From Setoptus koraiensis (taxonomy: Eukaryota > Animalia > Arthropoda): DNA of 64,000 nucleotides. The notes under the pieces were generated by a model. That model was not told where the DNA came from. It searched no databases and worked only from the letters and a program-made list of their open reading frames with translations. The stretch is from the NCBI GenBank assembly GCA_048013815.1, contig CM106585.1:4836001-4900000 (forward strand), written 5' to 3'. Each line of letters starts with the position of its first letter. The first letter of the stretch is position 1. The translations under genes and the position numbers were made by a program. This document shows positions 22,201 to 33,100 of the stretch, in pieces.

Positions 22201-25200
22201 GCCAGATAGCCATCTATCTCCATCGCCTCTGGCCGCCTTAATGACTGCATATCGGCTCCCTTTCTGTCTGAATAGTTTCGCTGGCTCGCTGGCTCGCTCG
22301 CTAGCTTGTATAATAAAAGTTGCTGGTTACGCTGGATTCCGTTCGAACCGGCGAGTGCTCTCGACGCGCCATTGAGGCCCCTGCGCGATCCGATGCACGA
22401 TTGGCGCGCAAACAAACACATTTAAACGCACAATTCAAATATGATACGTAGTCTCGGCAGCGAATCGATACGATACGAAACGATGCGAATTGACAATTGC
22501 CAGCCCAGCGACCAGCCCCTTCGAACGGGGCTCTTCGTCGTGCCCGGTTGAAACGATAACAAAAGGATGGCTCTTTGTGACGACTCGTGCCATTGCACCT
22601 AATGATGGAACAGTGAGAGGAGTCGCGTCGGACGCAGCAAGCAATCCATTAAGCGAGACCCCACAAGCATTAGCGGCATCTGTCACAATTGTCGAGCCGA
22701 TCGGCGATCTGTTGGCGGCGCCCGCTTGGCGGCCAACAGATCGCCGTGCGGCACGCCGAGCCACCGAGGCGCCCGACAACCGATGGCCCAATGGCAGAGC
22801 GCTGAACAAACGATGACGAAATGAGGCCACTTAGGCCGCCAAGGCAGTTGACTCGACCGAATGAGTCGTAGTGACTGGCGCGGGCGCGGATATTAATTGA
22901 CTTGCTAGTATTTATTTGATTATTGTTGTTGGCTGGTGGTGCTGCAATTAATAATCATTTGTGTGTGCTTACAATGTGACCACAACACCGGCGCTGGTGC
23001 CGGCCACTGGGTGCCAGCGGCCAGCCGGAAGTCGCATTTTGTTGGAAATGTGTGTGCGGCCTCGATTTTGGGTCGCTGAGCGAGCGGCAACCGCGGATAC
23101 GCACACACATCCGACGGATACATATAATAATATAATGTCCTGGCGGATATTCCGGGTTATCGGGATACCGGTTTGTCGGGATGTCGGGATACCGGTTTGT
23201 CGGGATGTCGGGATACCGGTTTGTCGGGATACCAATGGAGATGTCGGGTTATCAAGATATCCGGAGATATCGGACCAAGGTATCCGGCTGGGCGTGGCGT
23301 TGTTAGCGACCGATCAGCGGCGGCCCGCGGTGGCCAGACGGGTGGACGAGCGCACGAATTGGGCGAGCGACTTTTGGATGCGGTCGAAGGCCACGATCAG
23401 CTCGTCCCAGCCGGGGAAACCGGCGCCTCTGTTCGGGTTGTTGAAGTCGTCGTCGTTTGCGTACAGCGCGGGCGACGTTGACGGCGTTCCGATGACCTTG
23501 TTCATGCGCTCAATGACTCGGCGGATATTACGCAAATACGAGTCGCTGAGCGTGGATATGAACTTGTTGATGTCGTCGTTCAATTGTCTGATGCTGGTCG
23601 AATCGGTTTGGCCGGCCTTGACATTGTCTAAACGGTCCAAAATTTGCTGGGTGCTGTCCTCTTGGAATTGGCTCTCGCGTTGGCTGCTTGCTGACGATGA
23701 GGAGCCAGTTCCGCCAACCAAAGTGTTCAATCTGGCTATAAATCGGCGCATATTGCTCAAATTGTTTTGCGACATTGTTCTCACCAAACGGGCCACAGAT
23801 TCGTATACGCGCTGGTAACTTTCGTCCGATTGTCCGTCCCGTGGGCTGCCCTTTTGTTGGTTGTCGGCAATGGTGGTCAACAATTGGGCCACTTGCTCTG
23901 GCGTTAATTTGTCCGAATCGGACCTCAGCACGACATTGTCGGCGCCCGCCGACAGTTGCGCGCCCAAACACGAACCGCTTACCACGGCCACCAAAAACAG
24001 AGCGCTGAGTGATAGTTTTGCCGACATTATCATAAGTGTGTTGATTGGATTAGAATTGATGATTGACTTGATTGCGTTGAATTAAATTAAATTGAATTAA
24101 ATTAAATTAAATTGAATGTATACTTTGCTTGCTTGTCGATTGAACAATTGACCAACTTTGACTGAATTTGTGCCGCTCGCGACGGGCTATTTATACCCGT
24201 GGCCGCATTGTCGCCGGCTATCGACACAAACCGTGCCGACGGTTTGTGCGGACGCTTCGCCAGCGGGCAGGTGGTTGCATAATGAGACCAACACTTGTCA
24301 TATATAATCAGGCTAACTAACGACCACTAAATCAGACTCACTAAATCAGTGCCACTCACGTCATCAATCCGTCACTGGCACATACTGTACACTGTACAGT
24401 ACACTGTAATACCAGCCACGCCGGATAAGTGATATTTACACATAGTAGAGAGCCCTCATGTCGGGCCCCCCTCATCGTATTACATGAGCGGAACAAGCGA
24501 GCGTTGACACTAATTGTTTTAAATTAAAATTATTCCGCCAGCGCCAGCATGCCGCTCGCCTTGCCCCTCACGTATCCTGTTGTTGACTCTCTCTCTCTCA
24601 TACATTGTTATCATATATCCCAACTTGATATACTCATATATCCATGCCATCGTGATGCACTGGCATATCCGTGCCATCGCGACACATTGACGCGTCCCGC
24701 CGTGATACATTGACGCGTCTCATCATCCGCCGAAACCGGCCCGAAACCGCAGTGCGTGCCCTTTGGGGTGCCCGTCGTCAGGAGGGGCTCGTACGCCTGC
24801 CAATGCAAGAGGGGCTACTACATACCCAAAACACTCAAGAGGTACACAATGGCGCGCAATTTAAGAGAATACTTGAGGTCCATTGGCGAGCCGGACGGTC
24901 TGTGGGCCTCGACCAGCATAAACCCCCTGCTGCTTCAGAGTGATAATTTCTACCTAGGTACGTATTGCTGACAACTACATTATCAACATTATCCGCTCAA
25001 TGACCGCTAACGTGACCATATTGGCATATTGGCATATTGGCATGGGATAATCCACACATTTGATCCACACACACGCATATACATACAAATCGCTCCAAAC
25101 CAATAACCAATAATTTTTAATTTATCCGTCTATGTCGTTATGTATGCTGACAGGCGCCGACTTGGATAGGCTGCACACGTTCAATTATATTGACAGTGGG

Positions 25201-27288
25201 CAAGATTATCAGATAGCCATCAAAGACTTGAGATGTGATAAATGTCGTTTCGGTTGTGATAGTTGCGACAGCGAAGATCAAACGTGCACTATTAAATTGA
25301 ACACAATAATTAGGTTCTCCATATTGGTCATACAATCCTTTTGCGTGACATTGGTCATACTGGCCTCATTTTTGATATTCCGGCTTAGAAAGTCCAGAGT
25401 GAGTTGCTTGAGCATGCTTAATTTCACTTGACCCCCTCACCGATTCATTGATTAATTGTTGACTAATTGTTGTCTAATTGTTGCAAACAGATTGTCGCCT
25501 CATCGCGCTGGATCATGCTCGAGACCATGCTGCTGGGCGCCCTCTTGGTGTACCTGAGCGTAAGTATCGCCCCTCATCAGTCGCCCTCTCATCAGTCGCC
25601 CCGTTATCCGTCACGTTCTGCAATTGTAACCGAATTTTCACTCCCTTGATGGTCACTCAAACTGTGATTTAACTGTGATTTAATCGTCACTCCAATTGTG
25701 ATTTAATTGTGATTTAATTGCGATTTAATTGCGATTTAATTGCGATTCCACTGTGATTTGGCTGCGGCCGAAACGCGCCCGCAAACAGGTGATCATCAGG
25801 TACTTCAACGCCACCATACTGAGCTGCTTTCTGGAGCCGTGGCTCAGGGAGCTGGGTTTCAGCATCTTCTACGGGTCGATCATGATCAAAATCTACAGGA
25901 TATACACGGAATTTCAGACCCGCAAGGCGCACAGGGTGTGCTTCAGGGACAAGGATCTCATACTGTATCTCACGGCCATTGTGCTCATTGTGATCGGTTA
26001 TATGTCGGCCTGGACGGCGCTGGTCACCGACGGCTTCTACGGCCGGACAGCGGCAACAACAACAACAACAACAACATTTGAGGTTGCCATTCAGCAAAAC
26101 GACAGCGCACATGCTGCCACGGGCCACCCGTGGACCGGCCCGACACTGTTGAGCGCAAACGAGCGGCCCGGTGATGTGGTGGGCGGCGGTAATTACGTCA
26201 ACGGTGCTTACAATGACGATTACGCCAGCGCCACCATGAGTGATTATTCTCAATATTCGGGCTATGGTCGCGACGCCCAAGACACCGAGCAGCAGCAGCA
26301 ACAACAGCAACGGCAACGCTTTATGCAAAAGAGATCAGCGAACCGTTGGGGCCCTCAATGGAGTTTCGACGCCCATGTCGACGCCAATGTCGACGACGAG
26401 ATGAATGGCTCGCACAAGATCGAGGCTGCGTCTGGGTCCGCCGCGAGCGATGCTCACGCCCGCGTGACAAATAGCCCGCCAACGCCGGGCACAGTTTTTT
26501 CGTCGGGCCCCAACAGGCAGCAGCCAGCCAGAAAGGGGCAAAAGATGAAAGATTATTTATTGGGCGACGGGGTCGCCGGAGACGGAGACGGCGATGTTGA
26601 TGTTGATGCTGATGTTGATGCTGTTGGGGCCGTTGCTGGGGCCGTTGCTGGCGAGTCGGGGCCCCAAACGGCGAGCCATGAGACGCCGGCAGCGACACAA
26701 AAGCCAAGATTGCGCCCGCTCGACGGTGCACGCGATAGCGGGGCCCCCCATTCAGGCAACCGTTCTGACAGTATTAAACAAGTGGCCATAACTCAGCGCT
26801 TGTCTGCCGGCAGCCAGCACAACGGGCTCGAGGATGCTGTGCAGACAACGAAAAATAGATCATCATCATTCAGATTTAGTGGCGCCATCAAAAGGGCAAG
26901 ATTAGACATTAAATCATCGACGCTTGAGCGTGATCCTGAGCCGACTCGCATTGTTTCACCGGGCGCCGCCATCAACAACGCCGACAACACCGACAAGCAC
27001 GCCAACCACGCCAACCACGACAACAACAGCAGCAGCAACAACAACAAAAACAGCAGCAACAACAACAACAACGACAACAACAGCGGCAGCAACAACAACA
27101 ACGGCGCCGATAAGCGACTGGCTGGCGATGATAATAGTCGTCTGGAACAACAACAACAATCAATAGATTATGGGGCCGCTGTTGATGAACGGCGCACGGC
27201 GGCTATAGGACGAGCGGGCTACCGACAGCAAGCGAGCAAGGTATTGACAGGCAAAGTTGCATCATGGCAGTTTTGGCTAAATAACGGC

Positions 27289-27334
<46 letters not shown>

Positions 27335-29963
27335 GCGAGCAAATGACAACAGCCGCGCCAAACAAACAGCGACAAGACGCCGTTGTTGCGTCACACAAAC
27401 AAGCCCATAACTATGGCGATAACTACAACGCCAACAACCGTAATGGCAATAGTTACAACAAGCAACTAACTAACAAACATCAACTATATAGGCGCTCATT
27501 AGATGACGATGACGACGACGACGCTGATAATAACAGCGCTGCCCGCGCTGATGATATTGATGCTAATGTTGCTTACATGAGCTTGGCGCCCCGTTCGCCC
27601 CCAACACCAACAACAGCAACAGCAACAACAACAACATTGTTGTCCGACAAATATCTTGATGATGCACGTTTGCAGCGGCAGCACCATATAGCACCATCAG
27701 TGAGGCGCCTGGCTGGTGCAAACAACCTTGCACCAGATGATAATGATAACAGCGCCGCTGCCGCCGCCGCCGATCTAAGCCAAGATATAAACGTGCAACT
27801 GCACGTACGGCCTCGTGGTGCCTCGCAATCACCTGGTGGCCAGCCAGCATCAATGGAGAGCTTCATGTATGTGTATGGCGATGCTAATAGAGCGATTGTT
27901 GGCCGCCAGCAGCAACAACAACAACGACAGCAGCAGCATAATATTAAATTGAACAACATCTCTCAATTGATGGATGCAAACTTGCCGCCCATCATTAGTG
28001 GTGCTCGCCGTAATGATGAGCGGGCCGCGCCAATCAAGCGCCCCAGATCGGCACCGCCAACACCGCCAACACCGCTGCAACCCGTCGACCACCGACAGCC
28101 CCGCATACCCACAATATTGGAGGCGGTGGACGGGCTCACCCGCGGCCTGCTGAATCCGCTCATCGACGACAACGATCTCAGCGATATAAGGTGGCCCAGT
28201 ATCATTGAGCGGGCCTCGTTGAACGGACTCAAGTTTGCGCGCTGCCGCAAACTTACATGGGACTACGTCACGGAAATTAGTAAGTCTCTCTCTCTCTCTA
28301 AGTAACTCTAACTGTAAAATGGCCGCTATTTTGTTTGCGGTTTGGCTGCACTGCCGATGAATGCGATTACCTGATCGCATCCATCGGGACGCGCACCGAA
28401 CCCGGCCGAGTTCGTTAACGCTCGTGTCGCATTCTGACGCTGACCTGTCTACCCACCCTGTCTACCCACCTTGTCCGTTTGCTGTCACTGTGCTCCCGCA
28501 CGCCGGAACACACACGCCCGCACAACGCAAATCGCGCGCCCACCGCAATCGCCCGACGACCGCAAAATGACCGCCAAATGACCGCCAAATGACCGCAAAA
28601 TGACCGATGGCGCGCAGGCGAGTTTGTCTTTTTGCTGGGCGGCGTATATCTCACCTATCGGATCAGGAACGCCAGGCGCGACGTCTACCGGGAGAAACTT
28701 GTCTTGTGCCTATCGATTTACATTGAACTAATAGTGTCCAGTCTAACCTATGTGCTCAGACACATATTCTGGTACAAAATCCATCCAGATCAACTATTTC
28801 TGTTATATTTGCTCAGGTGCCAATTAACTGTTACCGTTGCCTTGATTATGATTATCGGTCCCAAGGTGAGTGTCGGCGAGACCGACAATTATATTGTATT
28901 AAGTGTGCCCGGCAGGTCGCCCGGTTCGCCTGGCTCGCGGGCGGCCGACTCGCGACTCGTCGGGTTGTCTGAATGCACTGCTAATTTGCGAATTTGCGAG
29001 CCACACTGCCTACATTACATAACGAGCAATGTTTGTTTGTTTTTTATGATTATAAAACCAAAACAACGACAACTCACAATGGTGCACACTCAGCTATGGA
29101 ACCACAACAGAAACTCGCTAAATAACAAGGCCAATCTAAATTCACGTCACCGTTGCCATTTGTCGTGCGAATTGCACGACCACCATCTCAATGACGCAAT
29201 GCGCCTCCATGCGGCTATGCTCTCAAACGGGGCCGTCGATATTGGCAACATCAACCTGGCCGACATGGATCCAGAAGACATACAGGTGAGTACAACACGA
29301 CAACTGATACGAACGAATTTGCATAAAAAACAGCTCAACTAACAAGTCGCTCTCTTGTGTGCAATAATGCTAATGTCAACTGCTTTTGCGACATTCATTC
29401 AATCATTCATTGTATCATTCTATGTGTCATTCATTTTACAATGCTGCTCGGCTTGACAGGCCGAATTGAGGCGAGTGTATTCGCAGTTGCAAGTTTACAA
29501 AAACAAAGTGATGCGCAGAGAGAACCCGCATATCTCCAAGAGACGTGGCGGAAAAAAGAGTGGACATAGGAAATTTTCATTGCAAGCTTTTCATTCTAAA
29601 CATCAGAACTTGTTGTCGTCGTCATCGGCCAACAATAAATCACAAAAACAACAGCAACAACAACAAAATAGCTGTAATAACAATCAAAAGAGTCAACCCA
29701 CCATTGCAGGTATCATGTCACAACATAAAAATAGCACTTGTAGTGCTGTATACCATCAATCAAATAGTCAAACAACAACAAACAACAAATGCTCGGGCAA
29801 TAAACAAATAATGTCACACCAACACCAATACGACAACGGGGCCACGTGTATGCTCAACAACGAACACGATAGTCCCTCTTCTGGCAATACAAGCCCCAGA
29901 AGGCAATCCTATCATGCCAGCCAAACATCTATACATATTGAGGAGTCATCGGTGATAGAATGA
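19272..29963 (+). CDS. GPR158: GPR158/GPR179-like class C orphan GPCR, 5'-partial, multi-exon
   Basis: Exons with GT-AG sites and continuous frame: 19272-19392 (RGVSFVSLDLGSTRLIDQC..QCGAIDNSE), 24753-24957 (CVPFG..RRGSYACQCKRGYY, EGF-like), 25154-25398 (Cys-rich, TM1), 25491-25559 (TM2), 25789-28279 (TM3, TM4, giant ECL2, C..WDY), 28618-28865 (TM5-TM7), 29094-29285, 29460-29963. The junction DPEDIQAELRRVYSQLQVYKNKVMRRENPHISKRR matches the GPR158-family cytoplasmic helix. Upstream exons were not located. The symbol indicates the family, not one-to-one orthology. Confidence 0.9.
20393..20482. repeat. 24-bp tandem repeat (gccagattgtttcgcgatactcgg), ~3.7 copies, intronic
   Basis: Read directly from the sequence. 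Confidence 0.88.
22911..22916 (-). terminator. candidate polyadenylation signal (AATAAA) of the nested gene
   Basis: TTTATT on the plus strand ~400 bp past the stop at 23314, in an AT-rich patch. Confidence 0.5.
23161..23230. repeat. 24-bp tandem repeat (cgggataccggtttgtcgggatgt), ~3 copies, in the predicted 3' UTR of the nested gene
   Basis: Read directly from the sequence. Confidence 0.88.
23314..24033 (-). CDS. intronless secreted helical-repeat protein (239 aa), nested antisense in a GPCR intron
   Basis: Signal-peptide-like N-terminus (MIMSAKLSLSALFLVAVVSGSCLG), protein-like composition, internal 35-aa repeat, C-terminal G-R-R, its own TATA/Inr and a polyA signal. Confidence 0.78.
   Translation of the reverse strand: MIMSAKLSLSALFLVAVVSGSCLGAQLSAGADNVVLRSDSDKLTPEQVAQLLTTIADNQQKGSPRDGQSDESYQRVYESVARLVRTMSQNNLSNMRRFIARLNTLVGGTGSSSSASSQRESQFQEDSTQQILDRLDNVKAGQTDSTSIRQLNDDINKFISTLSDSYLRNIRRVIERMNKVIGTPSTSPALYANDDDFNNPNRGAGFPGWDELIVAFDRIQKSLAQFVRSSTRLATAGRR
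24161..24195 (-). promoter_or_regulatory. TATA box plus initiator core promoter of the nested gene
   Basis: Minus-strand TATAAATA at 24195-24188 and arthropod Inr TCAGT at 24165-24161. The Inr A is 32 nt from the first T of the TATA box, close to canonical spacing. Confidence 0.75.
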
Positions 29964-30152
29964 CATCTGACACACATTTACATTTCATATGTTACACACA
30001 TTATTATTACAATTATTATTATTATTATTATTACTATGTTATGTAACGACCAACGAATATATCCATTATGAGTAGAACAAAAAATTAAATACACATGCAC
30101 ACAGTATATGTAGTTGTTTGTTGTTGTTGTTATTCATTTAGCTTTAACTTTT

Positions 30153-33100
30153 TTACAGATGCAATGTAGGCTTGTAATTGTAACCCGGTGGTGGCGGTGC
30201 TGCTGTTGTTGCTAGATGTCCCACACCCAACTCACACGGATAGATGTTTTCTTGCTGTTGTTGTTGCTGTTGTTGTTGCTGTTGTGGATTTGTTGTTTGT
30301 TCCGGTGCACCACCACCAATGGGAACAGTATCAACTTTTGACACACAATCTTCGCTGACTACATTTTGCTGCCCACTGACCACTTCGGGATTATTATCAA
30401 CGGCTGCTACTCGAAAATTGCCTACAAGAGGACCCGGGTCCCTTGGTGGCGACATCACAATGTTTGCATCTTTGACGCTGTCGGACTCAATCCTTTTCTG
30501 GTATGCCTCGGCTAAATGTAATTCGGTGGCCTGCTGGCTCAATACTGGAACACTGATCGATGTCGTCAGGGGAATGGGTTTGCTATCGTGAATGGACTCA
30601 CCGATGAACTAATTACAGATAAATGTAAAATTATACAGATGATTTAACATGATAGATGGTCAGTACAATGGCATTGATGAGAGGGTATATAATGAGGTAG
30701 TTTCAATAATTTTTAATTTATTTATAAACTTACTTCGCTCTTGAGCGTTGGCAAAAAGAACATTATCTTGTCCCAGGTGATAGTCTTGAGAGGCTCTTGC
30801 AGGCAACCGGCGATTTCCATCACCAAGAGCATATTCTTCAAGGACTGTGGTATTGATTCACGTATTTGATCGTTAGGTCCGCTGCATTTCATAAAATTGT
30901 CCATGATATCTAAAACAGATAACCATAATGCAGCAAATGTTGGTAATGTCTGTAAAGTTGTTAGATGATGCAAAAACACTTTGCATAATATACTTATTGC
31001 TCTGTTTCTAGTCTTGTCTAAGCAATCATTTTGTAAAATATTGATATTGTTACTAGTATTATTGTTGTTGTTGTTAGTTGTATGAATGTTAGACGAAGAC
31101 TGATTACCATTAACAGACTGATTAAGATTATTGCTTGATTGAACAGTTGACGGGTGCATCATCAATGGCTTTAGTAGATCAGTTAAAAATGGAAATAACA
31201 CTATGTTGAAGCAACTTTCTAATTGTTGAGCGTCTAATATATGCAACTCGTGCAATATTAGAGCTCGTTGCAATAACTCTAGTGCATTATAACGTATTCT
31301 GTAACGAATATCACAGCAGAATGTTGCCATAGATTGTAGAAGAGGACACCAAAATTCAGACCATAATAGATTGGCTTTGTCTTTATCCATAACATAAAAT
31401 GCATTGGAATGCAAATAGTCCAACAATTCCAGTAACTTCATACAACTGGCCTCGGTTATTTTGCACTTCTTGCCTTCCTCGTAACACACGGACCCCTCAA
31501 CAAATATCTTGATACAACTAACTGTTGGCACTGCAATAGTGTTTGAGATGATATTGTTAGCGCCAGGATTGTTTACCAGGACACTTTGTACAATGAACTT
31601 GAGCGTGTCGATGCATCTATCATAAGCCAATGGGTCATAGATTTTGTAGGCCTGTCCCAAGGTGGCGTACTTGTGATGTGACGTCTCTTTCAAATTAATA
31701 CCAACATAGAGTAGCATTTTCAATAAAAGACGCCAATCATCTTCTTTTTTGATATGTTGGTGACATTCCACTATCATAGAGTTCATTGCAATAGCTGTGT
31801 ATTCGCGCTGAAACATGGCAGGATCCAAATTTAAATATATATAGTCTAATAGTGTAAAAATACCATCACTCAATGATTTATACGATCCTAAGAAACGTAT
31901 TGGCATCCGAAATATTGACGAAATTATTCGTTCGCCCAATAATGAATTATGTCCACACATTGAGCACAGTCGCTTAATGTATGAATCAATTTGCTTCCAT
32001 ATTGAATGGATTCTTCTACCATTGACTAGAACTACCTGTATAAATATCTCCAATTTAAATAGTTCAATCTCCTCCTTATCATCAGTATCTCCATCAACAC
32101 TGGCTGATATAAGTGCTTTTATCAATTCCAAAAATGATTCCTTATCTTCCAAATCATCTTTGAATTCTTTAATAATGATCTTTTTCAATTGCTCAAAGAA
32201 AATCCTTTGCTGTATAAGTTTGCTGTTATCATCGCCGCTAGCAGCATTGTTGCACGATTGATCTGATGGGCATATGTTATGAATAGTATTAACCTCATTA
32301 TTCACAATCGAAGTGGGTGAGCCTAATTGACTGTCTAGGCATCTCTCTGGGGAAGTGTCAACGGTATTTATGATACCAAGAGTTTCTTGCAAGCCGAAGT
32401 TACCTGAGCCATCATAAGAACTTGTTGGAGAATCTGGCGTCGTTGGTGGCGATTGTGGATTGCTGACACTCGGACGATTAGAAGACTGCCCAAAAAAGGG
32501 TAGACCAGAAAGGAAGTTGTTGAAGAAACTTTGTTGATTCATAGTGTCCGGACTCTTTTTAATAACTCGCTTCCTCAGATGAATGATCTTGTTATTAAGA
32601 GCGAAGTCGGTAAATTGGAAGGCACCATCAAGCAGATGAGCACAATACCATTTCAGAATTATCTCTACAACATTCGACCATGATTCGCGCATATGATTAG
32701 AATGCTCCTCCAAAATAGTAAATAGACATGTTGCGGCAAGTCGATTCTTTTCATCTTCAATCAACGCCGATTGGTGATGGTGACTGATGGGTCCTGAGCC
32801 AGTTGCAGTCAGTTTGCATAATGTTATTATGAGATTATCCAACTGTCCATAAGTAGCACATAAGCGTGCACATTTTGCAAAACCATTAGTGAGCACTCTG
32901 TTAGCCAATTTTGGATAAGATCTTTTATATGGTTTTATATCTATCTTGTCAAATATGAATGACATTGCCGCAACAGTTGGCCGATAGATATCATTGAATA
33001 TTAATTTGTTCAATTCTGATTTTGATATGTCCAAAGACTGACTTTGCATAGTTTCCTTCATAGTTGGAGAGAAATTGAAGTGATTCCTTGTGCTTGACCA

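Noticed and set aside
22490-22816. ORF containing GWLFVT...VRGVA, resembling the GPR158 Cache-domain end
   Set aside because: It lies downstream of the exon that already encodes RGV..DQC, so the order is wrong, and no fitting splice sites were found.
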